From positions 1 through 25,572 of the IMG/VR virus record IMGVR_UViG_3300032373_001137: 25,572 nt of DNA; one strand, 5' to 3'. This DNA comes from a virus. Taxonomy: Duplodnaviria; Caudoviricetes. Below are positions 9,374-17,027 of this stretch, one piece after another. Positions within the stretch are counted from its first letter, which is position 1; each line of letters opens with the position of its first letter. The notes beneath the pieces are model-generated. The model was not told the DNA's origin and searched no databases. It saw only the letters and a program-made list of their open reading frames with translations. Both the position numbers and the translations under genes were made by a program.

Positions 9374-9658
9374 CTAAGGGTGGTCCACTTGTGCCGCCCG
9401 TCGTTCTTCCTCATCCACAATCGCCCGAACGACGTCGAAATCCATCTCCGCATCGCTGACTCGGGCAATCTCCGCTGCCACCTTCGCCCAGTGGAACGCG
9501 AAAATAGGCTCGCCGGCCAGGCGCGCACGAGCTGCTGCTCTTTGGGCGTCGTAGTAAGCATTGACCGGATCACGCTGGAGCAGCTGTTGCACATCTTCGC
9601 AAACAAACTGCCGTCTGGTTCGACGGCTTGCGATCCAATTCGAGATTCGCGAGAGCAC
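9374..9658 (-). CDS. Hypothetical protein (94 aa, helical)
   Basis: GTG start preceded by GAGGTG Shine-Dalgarno (9664-9669). Protein-like composition. Confidence 0.6.
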   Translation of the reverse strand: MLSRISNWIASRRTRRQFVCEDVQQLLQRDPVNAYYDAQRAAARARLAGEPIFAFHWAKVAAEIARVSDAEMDFDVVRAIVDEEERRAAQVDHP

Positions 9659-9857
9659 GAATTCACCTCGCTTCGTAAATCACAACAAAGTCTGTCTGAA
9701 ACCAGGCAGTCGGCGACCGCAGTTTCTGTTCAACTCTTCCTTCGACCGTAACTACCGTAATGGTAACGCCTGTCCAGTTCTATAAATCCTGAGACCACAC
9801 CGAACGCGCTTGGCCGCTCAACACCTTGATGAACTTTCTCATTAAGCCTTCCTTAAC

Positions 9858-9886
9858 TTGTGCAGAACATCATTTCCCGTTAACGT
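9858..9886 (+). promoter_or_regulatory. Candidate sigma70 promoter for the QueC-like module
   Basis: TTGTGC (9858-9863), 17-nt spacer, TAACGT (9881-9886) in an AT-rich intergenic region. Confidence 0.4.
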
Positions 9887-9915
9887 TGCAATACGTAATG
9901 AGCGAGATCCGGGCG

Positions 9916-10707
9916 ATGGGGCACGTGCGATTGGGCAGACTTCCCGCGACGCGGAAGTGGAAAGATGTCGTCAAGCTGCTTGGTGGGGCAGAGATCGAGA
10001 TCTCAAGCCTGGCCGAAGCGGTTGAGAGGGCATGCGATCGCTCATTGGCAGATGCCGTGAAGGATCCAGCGTTCGTGGAAGCTCTCTGGCTCTTCTTGAA
10101 GATTCCGCAGGCTGCACGGGCTGACAATTTTGCGGGCGAACTGGGCAAGCTGGGACTGGAAGTTCCGAACGACCCTACCCTCACCGACGTCCTTGTGGCG
10201 ATCGACGGCGCCCTGGAAGATGTTCGTCTTCAGAAGGACAAGTCGCTCAGTGATTTCGGGTTGATCGCAAAGAACGCAGCCATTTCAGCACTCAGAAGTC
10301 TGATCAACGATCGCAGTCCGTCCCTATGGGCACCGACGCAGGAGGATGAACGCACAACGCTGGCCACATTCGCTTCGACAGAGCATTTTGGCGAGCTGAC
10401 GCAGCGATTCTTCACGAAACTTCTGGCCGGACACCTCCAGTATTTTCTGGATCGCGCTATTCCGGAACAGATCGGGCCCGGCGGAGCGATTCAGTCGGTC
10501 GCCGATACAAGGACCTTGGATGAAACGATCTCGCAGCATTGCAACGAAACGACCGTCATCATGCGGGCGTTCGCAAAAGACTGGCTGGGCAAGAACAGAT
10601 TTCATCAGAACCGGGACCTTTCGCGCCTCGATGCGACCGGCTTTGCCGCTCATGCCTTCACGAAGATCAGAAGCGAACTCTCGCGTCGCAGCGGGCTACT
10701 GCCATGA
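9916..10707 (+). CDS. Hypothetical helical protein, partner of the QueC-like enzyme (positional QatB analogue)
   Basis: Likely start MGHVRLGRLP at ATG 9916 (alternative ATG 9898); 263 aa. Its TGA overlaps the ATG of the QueC-like gene (ATGA 10704-10707). Confidence 0.75.
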   Translation: MGHVRLGRLPATRKWKDVVKLLGGAEIEISSLAEAVERACDRSLADAVKDPAFVEALWLFLKIPQAARADNFAGELGKLGLEVPNDPTLTDVLVAIDGALEDVRLQKDKSLSDFGLIAKNAAISALRSLINDRSPSLWAPTQEDERTTLATFASTEHFGELTQRFFTKLLAGHLQYFLDRAIPEQIGPGGAIQSVADTRTLDETISQHCNETTVIMRAFAKDWLGKNRFHQNRDLSRLDATGFAAHAFTKIRSELSRRSGLLP

Positions 10708-12566
10708 AACAGTTCCATTTTGCTTGCGGTGGCGTGCCGCATTCGGAATCGGACCCGGCTTCCACCTGCTTGAGCCTTCAGGCCCACGGGCCCGCAAAAA
10801 ACATCAGGTTGAAGATAACAGACATCAGCCGATCAATGGTCAGCAGCATCCCGAGCCTACTATTCGATCTGCTCGAGATCGCCGCTTATATCTATTGCGC
10901 CGATCAGCGTGCCACTCGTGGCAATGATACCCTTTCCCATGCGGGCGCTTCCTGGCGAAGATCCATGCATTTTACCATACCTGTCCGCAATCCGGAGGTC
11001 TGGTCCGGCAGCGCAATCCAAGGCGCTCTCAGCAAGACCATCGGCTTTCTCTCGGACGACACATACAAGTTCACCTTCGTCCGGGCCGATCAGCCGTTTG
11101 CCGAAAACGACGCCTATTTCGAGCAACTGTCCGACCAAGCCGGTGACATCGAAGAAGTCGCGTTGTTTTCAGGCGGGCTGGACTCCTTTGCGGGCGCAAT
11201 CGAAACGATTGTTACCAATGGCCACAGAACGGCTCTGGTCGGTCATCACTCGTCCACCAAAGTCTTTGCAGCCCAGAAAGCCCTCGTGGACCACCTCAAG
11301 CACGCCGTCGCGCCTGGCCGGCTTCAATATGTACCGGTCAACATCACGAATTGCGGCGTTCAGGCCACCGAGCACACGCAGCGTACACGCTCGTTCCTTT
11401 ATGCGAGCCTAGCATTCGTGATCGCCCGCATGTTCGGCAAGGGTGGCTTCACGTTCTTCGAGAACGGCATCGTCAGCATCAACCTTCCGATCGCGCAGGA
11501 TGTTCTCGGCGGCCGCGCCACCAGGACCACCCATCCGAAGGTCATCCAAGGCTTCGCAGAGATTTTCTCCCTCCTCGCAGAGGAGCCAATTGAGGTAAGA
11601 ACGCCATATATGTGGCTGACCAAGCGGGACATCGTCGAGCGAATTGTCCAGCAAGGATTCGGGCATCTGATCGGGAGTACCGTCAGCTGTGCACATCCGA
11701 TGCAGTGGACGAGAGAAGTAAGGCACTGTGGTGTCTGTTCGCAATGCATCGACAGGCGTTTCGCCATTCTTTCCGCCGGCGCTGGTGGGTTTGAGCCAGA
11801 GAGCAATTACGAACTGGATCTGTTGACGGGCGATCGGTCTCTGCACGAGGAGCTGCGGATGGCGGTGGCCTATGTGAAATTCTGCCAGACGATCGACAGC
11901 TGCGAACCTCGTCAGTTCGATGAGAAGTTTCCGCAGGTCGCTGCGGCATTGAGCTTCTTTCCCGGGCTTTCCACTGATGCTGCGCGAGACAGAACCTTCG
12001 ATCTGCATTGCCGGCACGCGCGAGACGTGCTGTCGGTCATATCCGCCGGTCTGGTAAGCGAGCAGTCTGCCGTGGTGCGCAGTACGCTACCGCCGGGATC
12101 ATTGCTGTCACTCTGTCTCAGTCGCACCACCATTCCAGCACCCCCAACCAATGACGTAGTTCGTCAGCTTTCAGAGTTCATGGACCGCCTTGACACGCCG
12201 GTCTGCATGTTCGCCGTTGACGAAGAAGCTCAGCGTATCTGCCTTGGTGGAGAATTCTGGCTCGACGGCGCCAATTTCAAACTGTTCAAGGCCCTCCTGC
12301 CGCACCATCGATCTGCCAAGGCTGGCATGACCGAGGTGCCTTTCATCGAGTTGTGGAAGCTAGCTGAGACACTTGAGATTGACGAGCAGAGCCTGCGTCA
12401 GCGTGTGACGCGATTGCGCAAAGATGTCGCGGAGCGGCTTGCCGTCGATCAAGGCATCATTCTCGAAATCGACGACTTTGTCGAGAACCGACCAGGGAAA
12501 GGCTATCGGCTGGCACCGGCATTGCGCGAGGTCAGCCGCGCCGATCTCGTGGGGCCGACAGCGTGA
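10704..12566 (+). CDS. QatC/Cap9-type QueC-like (PP-loop) enzyme fused to a C-terminal OmpR/PhoB-like winged-helix domain
   Basis: N-terminal DLLEIAAYIYCAD..R..WRR...IPV..W...FLSDD domain, PP-loop LFSGGLDS, QRTRSFLY, ENG.VSINLP, TRTTHP, TKRDIV, and Zn site SC..HCGVCSQC.DRR. C-terminus LRQRVTRLRK...VENRPGKGYRL. 620 aa from ATG 10704. Confidence 0.88.
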   Translation: MKQFHFACGGVPHSESDPASTCLSLQAHGPAKNIRLKITDISRSMVSSIPSLLFDLLEIAAYIYCADQRATRGNDTLSHAGASWRRSMHFTIPVRNPEVWSGSAIQGALSKTIGFLSDDTYKFTFVRADQPFAENDAYFEQLSDQAGDIEEVALFSGGLDSFAGAIETIVTNGHRTALVGHHSSTKVFAAQKALVDHLKHAVAPGRLQYVPVNITNCGVQATEHTQRTRSFLYASLAFVIARMFGKGGFTFFENGIVSINLPIAQDVLGGRATRTTHPKVIQGFAEIFSLLAEEPIEVRTPYMWLTKRDIVERIVQQGFGHLIGSTVSCAHPMQWTREVRHCGVCSQCIDRRFAILSAGAGGFEPESNYELDLLTGDRSLHEELRMAVAYVKFCQTIDSCEPRQFDEKFPQVAAALSFFPGLSTDAARDRTFDLHCRHARDVLSVISAGLVSEQSAVVRSTLPPGSLLSLCLSRTTIPAPPTNDVVRQLSEFMDRLDTPVCMFAVDEEAQRICLGGEFWLDGANFKLFKALLPHHRSAKAGMTEVPFIELWKLAETLEIDEQSLRQRVTRLRKDVAERLAVDQGIILEIDDFVENRPGKGYRLAPALREVSRADLVGPTA

Positions 12567-12654
12567 TGTCACAGGCTCCGCACGAAACCGTCACACGAAA
12601 CATTTGACAGCACCGCGTTTTCAGTCTGACCGCGTTCGCTCGTGTCACACGAAA
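12567..12654 (+). repeat. Direct-repeat cluster (putative regulator-binding site) upstream of the HTH gene
   Basis: GTCACA at 12568, 12590 and 12644. Exact GTCACACGAAA at 12590-12600 and 12644-12654. CACGAAA also at 12581. ACCGCGTT at 12612 and 12629. TTGACA at 12604-12609. Confidence 0.65.
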
Positions 12655-12754
12655 TATCCGCGCTGAGAATACCGATTTCTGCGCGCTCCATCGAAAATCG
12701 ACCTCCTGAAGCGAGCCAATGGCGGCTCAAGGGTAGTTTCGAAGGAGAATTTCC

Positions 12755-12949
12755 ATGCAGGCTGTCAGTCATCTCAATCAGGTCGAGTTGTCCCGCAGGT
12801 GGAAGATCAGTCCGCGCACGCTGGAACGCTGGCGCTGGCTTGGTGAAGGTCCATCCTATCTGAAGGTCGGCGGCAGGGTCATCTACCGGCTCGAAGACAT
12901 TATCGAACATGAAGAGCAGCAATTGAAGGCGACGCAGGAGCGACGCTGA
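12755..12949 (+). CDS. Small HTH DNA-binding protein (AlpA/excisionase-like)
   Basis: HLNQVELSRRWKISPRTLERWRWLGEGPSYLKVGGRVIYRLEDI. AAGGAG Shine-Dalgarno upstream. Confidence 0.88.
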   Translation: MQAVSHLNQVELSRRWKISPRTLERWRWLGEGPSYLKVGGRVIYRLEDIIEHEEQQLKATQERR

Positions 12950-13167
12950 TGACCGATAGCGTTTTGCGCAATCATACGCACAGCTTCGTGCCGGTAACTT
13001 TGTTGTCGCTCTGCTTCTCATTCGTTCTCGCAAGTAAAAGCGCGAAGCCGTTCGTAGTGCAGCACTTTCGGGCTTCAGGCATTCTCACGCCAAGCGGCCG
13101 ACCGGAGCAGCCAGTGATGATTGTAAATCCGAGATCGGCAGGTTCCACGATAGAGGACGCCGAAGAC

Positions 13168-13524
13168 ATGCCCATGATTGCCCCACACAAGACGCATGAC
13201 GCGCCGCTCTCCGAAGAGGCATTCAGCCTCTGGCTGGCCGTCGCCGAGCCCGGCAGCATCATCCAGTACCACGTCGGGTTTCTCAGTCTCGATGTGGCCG
13301 AGACCAACATCAACTTGTCGATCGCAGCCCACCGCCAGCTTATGGCGGTCGCTAATCTCGCATGGTGGGCGGCTGAAGAGCGGATCGTCCATCTCGTTCA
13401 GCGGCGTCTTGGACCGGATCGTTTTGCATATCTTGCGGTGATGCGTCCGCGAATGACAGGCGCCTTCCTGCATCGATCCAAGGCCCAGCGATTCCGGGGG
13501 GAAGAGCTTTGCCACAGCCGCTGA
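13168..13524 (+). CDS. Conserved hypothetical phage protein
   Basis: LSEEAFSLWLAVAEPGSIIQYHVGFL...VHLVQRRLGPDRFAYLAV is a recurrent prophage early-region ORF type. GAGGA precedes ATG 13168; exact start uncertain. Confidence 0.7.
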   Translation: MPMIAPHKTHDAPLSEEAFSLWLAVAEPGSIIQYHVGFLSLDVAETNINLSIAAHRQLMAVANLAWWAAEERIVHLVQRRLGPDRFAYLAVMRPRMTGAFLHRSKAQRFRGEELCHSR

Positions 13525-14372
13525 TCGATCATGCGCTTTCATACGTTGCGCTCGGAATGGCGGTCCTGCCGCTCCATCATCCCGCAGAGGGACCACGCGG
13601 CCTTCAATGCTCGTGCGGCAAGACGGATTGCCGCCAGGCCGCCAAGCATCCCTATGGAAGGCTTGTCCCACGTGGCCTTCTCGACGCAAGCAAGGACCGG
13701 TCGAGGATCCGCGGATGGATTGGCAACGAGGCGCTCAACATCGGCATTACCACAGGTGCCGCCAGTGGGGTCATCGTGCTTGATATCGATCCCCGCCATG
13801 AGGGCGATCTCGCACTTGCCGAACTGGAAAGGCAATTCGGCGCGCTTCCGGCGACCTGGCGCTTTCTCACTGGTGGTGGCGGCGAGCACATCCTGTTCCA
13901 GCATCCTGGTGGGACGGTTCGCAACAGCGCCGGCGCGCTTGGGCGAGGCATCGATGTTCGCGGCGATGGCGGCTACATCGTGGCCCCGCCGTCGCGGCAC
14001 ATTTGCGGACGTAACTATGCGATCTCCGTCGACCATCATCCCGACGATCTTCCACTGGCCGATGTCCCCGCCTGGCTGAAGTCGCGGATCATGAATGGCA
14101 CCAGCAAGATAAAGGGAACTGCCTCCAAACCAAGCAACTGGCGAGCCCATGTTGAAGGGCTGCATGGAGAAGGTCAGCGCAACGATGCAGTAGCGCGTCT
14201 GACCGGCCATCTGCTGCGAGCACGCATCGATCCGCGCGTCTGCCTCTCACTCGTCATCAGCTGGAATCGCTTGCACTGCCAGCCGCCTCTTGAGGATGAT
14301 GAAGTCGCTGCCACCGTCAGGAGCATCGCTGCACGCGAAATCGCTCGCCGGAGCCGTGTCGATGAGGGCTGA
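13509..14372 (+). CDS. Bifunctional DNA primase/polymerase (Prim-Pol) with PriCT-like C-terminal domain
   Basis: ALSYVALGMAVLPL, CSCG..C..AKHP, NIGITTG, VIVLDIDPRH, TGGGGEHILF, IDVRGDGGYIVAPPSRH. C-terminal EGQRND...WN...CQPPLEDDEV. Confidence 0.9.
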   Translation: MPQPLIDHALSYVALGMAVLPLHHPAEGPRGLQCSCGKTDCRQAAKHPYGRLVPRGLLDASKDRSRIRGWIGNEALNIGITTGAASGVIVLDIDPRHEGDLALAELERQFGALPATWRFLTGGGGEHILFQHPGGTVRNSAGALGRGIDVRGDGGYIVAPPSRHICGRNYAISVDHHPDDLPLADVPAWLKSRIMNGTSKIKGTASKPSNWRAHVEGLHGEGQRNDAVARLTGHLLRARIDPRVCLSLVISWNRLHCQPPLEDDEVAATVRSIAAREIARRSRVDEG

Positions 14373-15831
14373 CCCGTTGGACCGATTGGCTGCGCTGAAT
14401 GTACCGGGTGCATCCGTTTCGGAAGGCTATCAGCTAGACATCGGTTCCGATGTCGAGATTGCCGGCCGCGTCCGCGAAGATCTGGAGCGGTGCTACGGCG
14501 ACATTATCCAGACAGAGGGCCGGTTCTGGCGTCATGAGCAGACTTGCTGGAAGGCCATTCCGGATCACGAGTTGAGAATTGCCGTCCACGCCTATGATGG
14601 TGCCGCGTTCAGATCGCCTTCCGGCGAGCCATCCCGGGTCAAACTATCAAGGTCACGGATCGATTCCGCCCTCAATGAACTGGCGGCACTCGTCTCCGCA
14701 TCTGAATTCTTCGCCGATGCAGCTATCGGAATCAACTGTACCAACGGATTCATTCGGTTTGATCCGCAAGGTGTGGCACGCATTGAGCCGCATCACCGTG
14801 AGCATCGATGTCGCCATACGCTCGCGGGATGCTGGGAAGCTGGAAAGCCGTCCAAGCCCATCGAGGGATCACTGCTGGCGCGTCTTCTCGGCGGTATCTT
14901 CCGCGGCGACGATGATGCCGGCGAAAAGATCGATCTGCTCGCGGAGGTGGCAGGCTCCGCCGCTCTCGGTCATGCAACGCGCCTGAGACAACCTCGCGCG
15001 GTCGTTCTCAAGGGAGAGACCGCCGAGAACGGAAAAAGCCAGGTCCTTGATCTCATGCGCGGCGTCCTGCCCAAATCTGCCATCGCATCGGTGACCGCAA
15101 GCCGCATGGGCGACGAACGCCATATCGTAGGTCTTGTCGGAAAGCTCCTCAATGCAAGCGACGAACTCTCGTCGTCGTCGGCAATTGCATCCGACACCTT
15201 CAAGGCGATCGTGACTGGTGAACCTGTTCAAGGCAGGGACGTCTACAAGTCGCGCATCGAATTCCGGCCCCTGGCGCAGCACATCTTTGCAACCAACACA
15301 CTGCCCGTGTTTCAGGGTGGCATGGACCGTGGCGTACAGCGCCGCCTGCTCGTCATCGGCTTCAATCGCGTCATACCCTGCGAGGAACGCGTAGAGGCGA
15401 TTGGTCGGCGTATCGGTGAGGAAGAGCCGGACCAGCTGCTGGCCTGGGCGGTGGGTGGCGCGTCGAGGCTCATTCGACAGAAGGGGTTCACATTGCCGCC
15501 GACCAGCAAGACTGCAATGAACGACTGGCTGTTCGGTGCAGATCCCGTCCTTGCCTGGCTCGCAGAGCGGGTTAGGTCCCGCCAGATCGTTGACCAGTCT
15601 CCGCGCATCGCAACCAGACTTGCTTTCGATGAGTTTCGGGACTGGGCGCTTTCGGAGGGGTTCGCGGAACGCACCCTCCCCTCCATCAACGCATTCGTCC
15701 AGCGCGTTACCGCCAACGCTGCAGGCGTCGAATACCGCCGCCGCCGCGACGGCCGATTTTTCATCGGCATGGTGCTGTCCCGGAATGCAAGTCACTTGGC
15801 GGACGGTGACGGTGAGGTGACGCATGGGTGA
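14362..15831 (+). CDS. P4/D5-family primase-associated SF3 helicase
   Basis: D5-N-like INCTNG, Walker A-like GETAENGKS, Walker B LNASDE, FKAIVTGEPV.GR, motif C IFATNTLP, RRLLVIGF, C-terminal wHTH. GGAG precedes ATG 14362. Confidence 0.85.
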   Translation: MRADPLDRLAALNVPGASVSEGYQLDIGSDVEIAGRVREDLERCYGDIIQTEGRFWRHEQTCWKAIPDHELRIAVHAYDGAAFRSPSGEPSRVKLSRSRIDSALNELAALVSASEFFADAAIGINCTNGFIRFDPQGVARIEPHHREHRCRHTLAGCWEAGKPSKPIEGSLLARLLGGIFRGDDDAGEKIDLLAEVAGSAALGHATRLRQPRAVVLKGETAENGKSQVLDLMRGVLPKSAIASVTASRMGDERHIVGLVGKLLNASDELSSSSAIASDTFKAIVTGEPVQGRDVYKSRIEFRPLAQHIFATNTLPVFQGGMDRGVQRRLLVIGFNRVIPCEERVEAIGRRIGEEEPDQLLAWAVGGASRLIRQKGFTLPPTSKTAMNDWLFGADPVLAWLAERVRSRQIVDQSPRIATRLAFDEFRDWALSEGFAERTLPSINAFVQRVTANAAGVEYRRRRDGRFFIGMVLSRNASHLADGDGEVTHG

Positions 15832-15993
15832 CGCAAGAAACCACACTAACCCATTGATTGTGCTTGCGTGTCGCAGCAGGTGCCATTCCTTCACGCATAC
15901 GTGCGCGCACATATGCAGAAGATCCCCGCTCCGGTGCGTCACGCGAGCACAATCAATGACTTGGACCTTAACAGCCGGTCGCAGGAGCGACAC
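15805..15993. promoter_or_regulatory. Putative replication origin (iterons, IHF sites, alternating purine-pyrimidine core)
   Basis: GGTGACG(CA) at 15805, 15816 and 15827, inverted TGCGTCAC at 15935. Two exact WATCAANNNNTTR matches in opposite orientation (15847-15859 minus, 15951-15963 plus). Lies right at the helicase gene end. Confidence 0.55.
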
Positions 15994-16041
15994 GGCACAA
16001 ACGAGACAGAAAATTCGCAACCCTGCCAACGGAGAGAGACT

Positions 16042-16236
16042 ATGAAATTTACGCCCCGTGGTTTTGGAGGCAATCGCCGGCCGGTTGACCTGGTCAAGCG
16101 CGATGGCTGGCGGGAGCAGCGCGTGCTCGCTGTTTCCCTGGATGATCACAGGCTGACTTGGCCGGAGCGAGAACTGGTGCGTCAGCTCGGTGAAAAGCTC
16201 TACGGTCGACCAGAAGCAAAGGACGAGCGAGCGTGA
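16042..16236 (+). CDS. Small conserved hypothetical phage protein
   Basis: MKFTPRGFGGNRR...KRDGWREQRVLAVSLDDHRLTWPERELVRQLGEKLYG. GGAG upstream; GTGA overlap with the next gene. Confidence 0.75.
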   Translation: MKFTPRGFGGNRRPVDLVKRDGWREQRVLAVSLDDHRLTWPERELVRQLGEKLYGRPEAKDERA

Positions 16237-16691
16237 ACGAGACCATCTGGACACCAAAACTGGTGGAACTGCGATTGGCCGAGGCAGCTTCCGTCCTGAA
16301 GCGACTGCCGGAGGACCGCCGCCTGGGATATTTCAACACGTGGCCCCAATACCGGCACGACTTTGCGGACCTTGTGGAGCAAGAACCGAGGAAGACATCC
16401 ATGCCACCGCCCTCCCCCACCGCGATCAGCCGGATGGAAGCGGCACTGGAATGGACGTTCGGTCTTGAACCGACCGAAGGCACGATCATCTGGCTGCGCG
16501 CGCGCAACATTCCATGGAAGACGATCTGCTGGAAAGTCGGGCTGCAGCGTTCTGCGGCACATGAGAACTGGATGTATGGCCTTTGCATGATCGCCCTGAC
16601 GCTCAACCAGCAGCGATTTAACCGCAAGCTTTCCAGGCGGCGGATCATTGAGCTTGCCAACGCTTCCGAGGCAAAGCGAAGTCCTGCGTGA
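16233..16691 (+). CDS. DUF6362-family protein (possible late-gene regulator)
   Basis: WTPKLVELRLAEAASVLKRLP...GYFNTWP...PSPTAISRMEAALEW...IIWLRARNIPWKTICWKVG. Last gene before the packaging region. Confidence 0.75.
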   Translation: MNETIWTPKLVELRLAEAASVLKRLPEDRRLGYFNTWPQYRHDFADLVEQEPRKTSMPPPSPTAISRMEAALEWTFGLEPTEGTIIWLRARNIPWKTICWKVGLQRSAAHENWMYGLCMIALTLNQQRFNRKLSRRRIIELANASEAKRSPA

Positions 16692-16795
16692 TATGTGCGC
16701 CATACAGTTTTCGCTCGGACAGAATGGGTCGAGCAGGTCTATAGTGGCGATAAGATCAGGTGAGACACGACCGCGAGCCAATCTGGCGAGTTTGC

Positions 16796-16838
16796 GGTTC
16801 CTTCCTGGCGATATTTGTATGCTGGCGGGCGAAGCGCG
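16796..16838 (+). other. Candidate cos site (cosQ/cosN-like)
   Basis: GGTTCCTTCCTGGCGAT...GTATG CTGGCGGGCGAAG CGCG resembles lambda cosQ-cosN as recalled (GGGTCCTTTCCGGTGAT...TTACG GGGCGGCGACCT CGCG). The element has a GpA-type terminase. Confidence 0.5.
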
Positions 16839-17027
16839 CAATATCGCTAGCGACAGGGCCGGTTTTTTGGGAAGTCACCCCTAGCAGGCATCCACCTGCG
16901 ATCTGCAGAAAACCACAACAAAACAAACCTTTGGCATCGGACACACCCGGTGGCCGCTGGACCCCTCGTGGAGTCCAGGCTGGCTGCCGGTGTCCGGAGT
17001 CCACCCGATTGAGGCGAACCGACCCGC

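Noticed and set aside
9726-9745. Possible alphaproteobacterial LexA box (also near 13013-13027)
   Set aside because: Half-site spacing and sequence do not fit GTTC-N7-GTTC.
10539-10703. N-terminal extension of the QueC-like ORF (and similarly 9826-9897, 6759-6962 and 8616-8771 for neighbouring genes)
   Set aside because: Downstream ATGs with ATGA coupling or family-typical N-termini are better starts.
10704-12566. Call as housekeeping queC or part of a Dpd DNA-modification cluster
   Set aside because: Much longer than canonical QueC, has the QatC-type N-terminal domain, and no queD/queE/folE/dpdA genes are in the window.
12949-13167. Hydrophobic N-terminal extension of the 191-aa ORF
   Set aside because: The recognisable family sequence starts near 13168 with its own Shine-Dalgarno. 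The upstream part looks intergenic, although the TGATG overlap at 12949 means it is not fully excluded.
14869-16257. 462-aa minus-strand ORF
   Set aside because: Antisense to the helicase gene; no recognisable domain.
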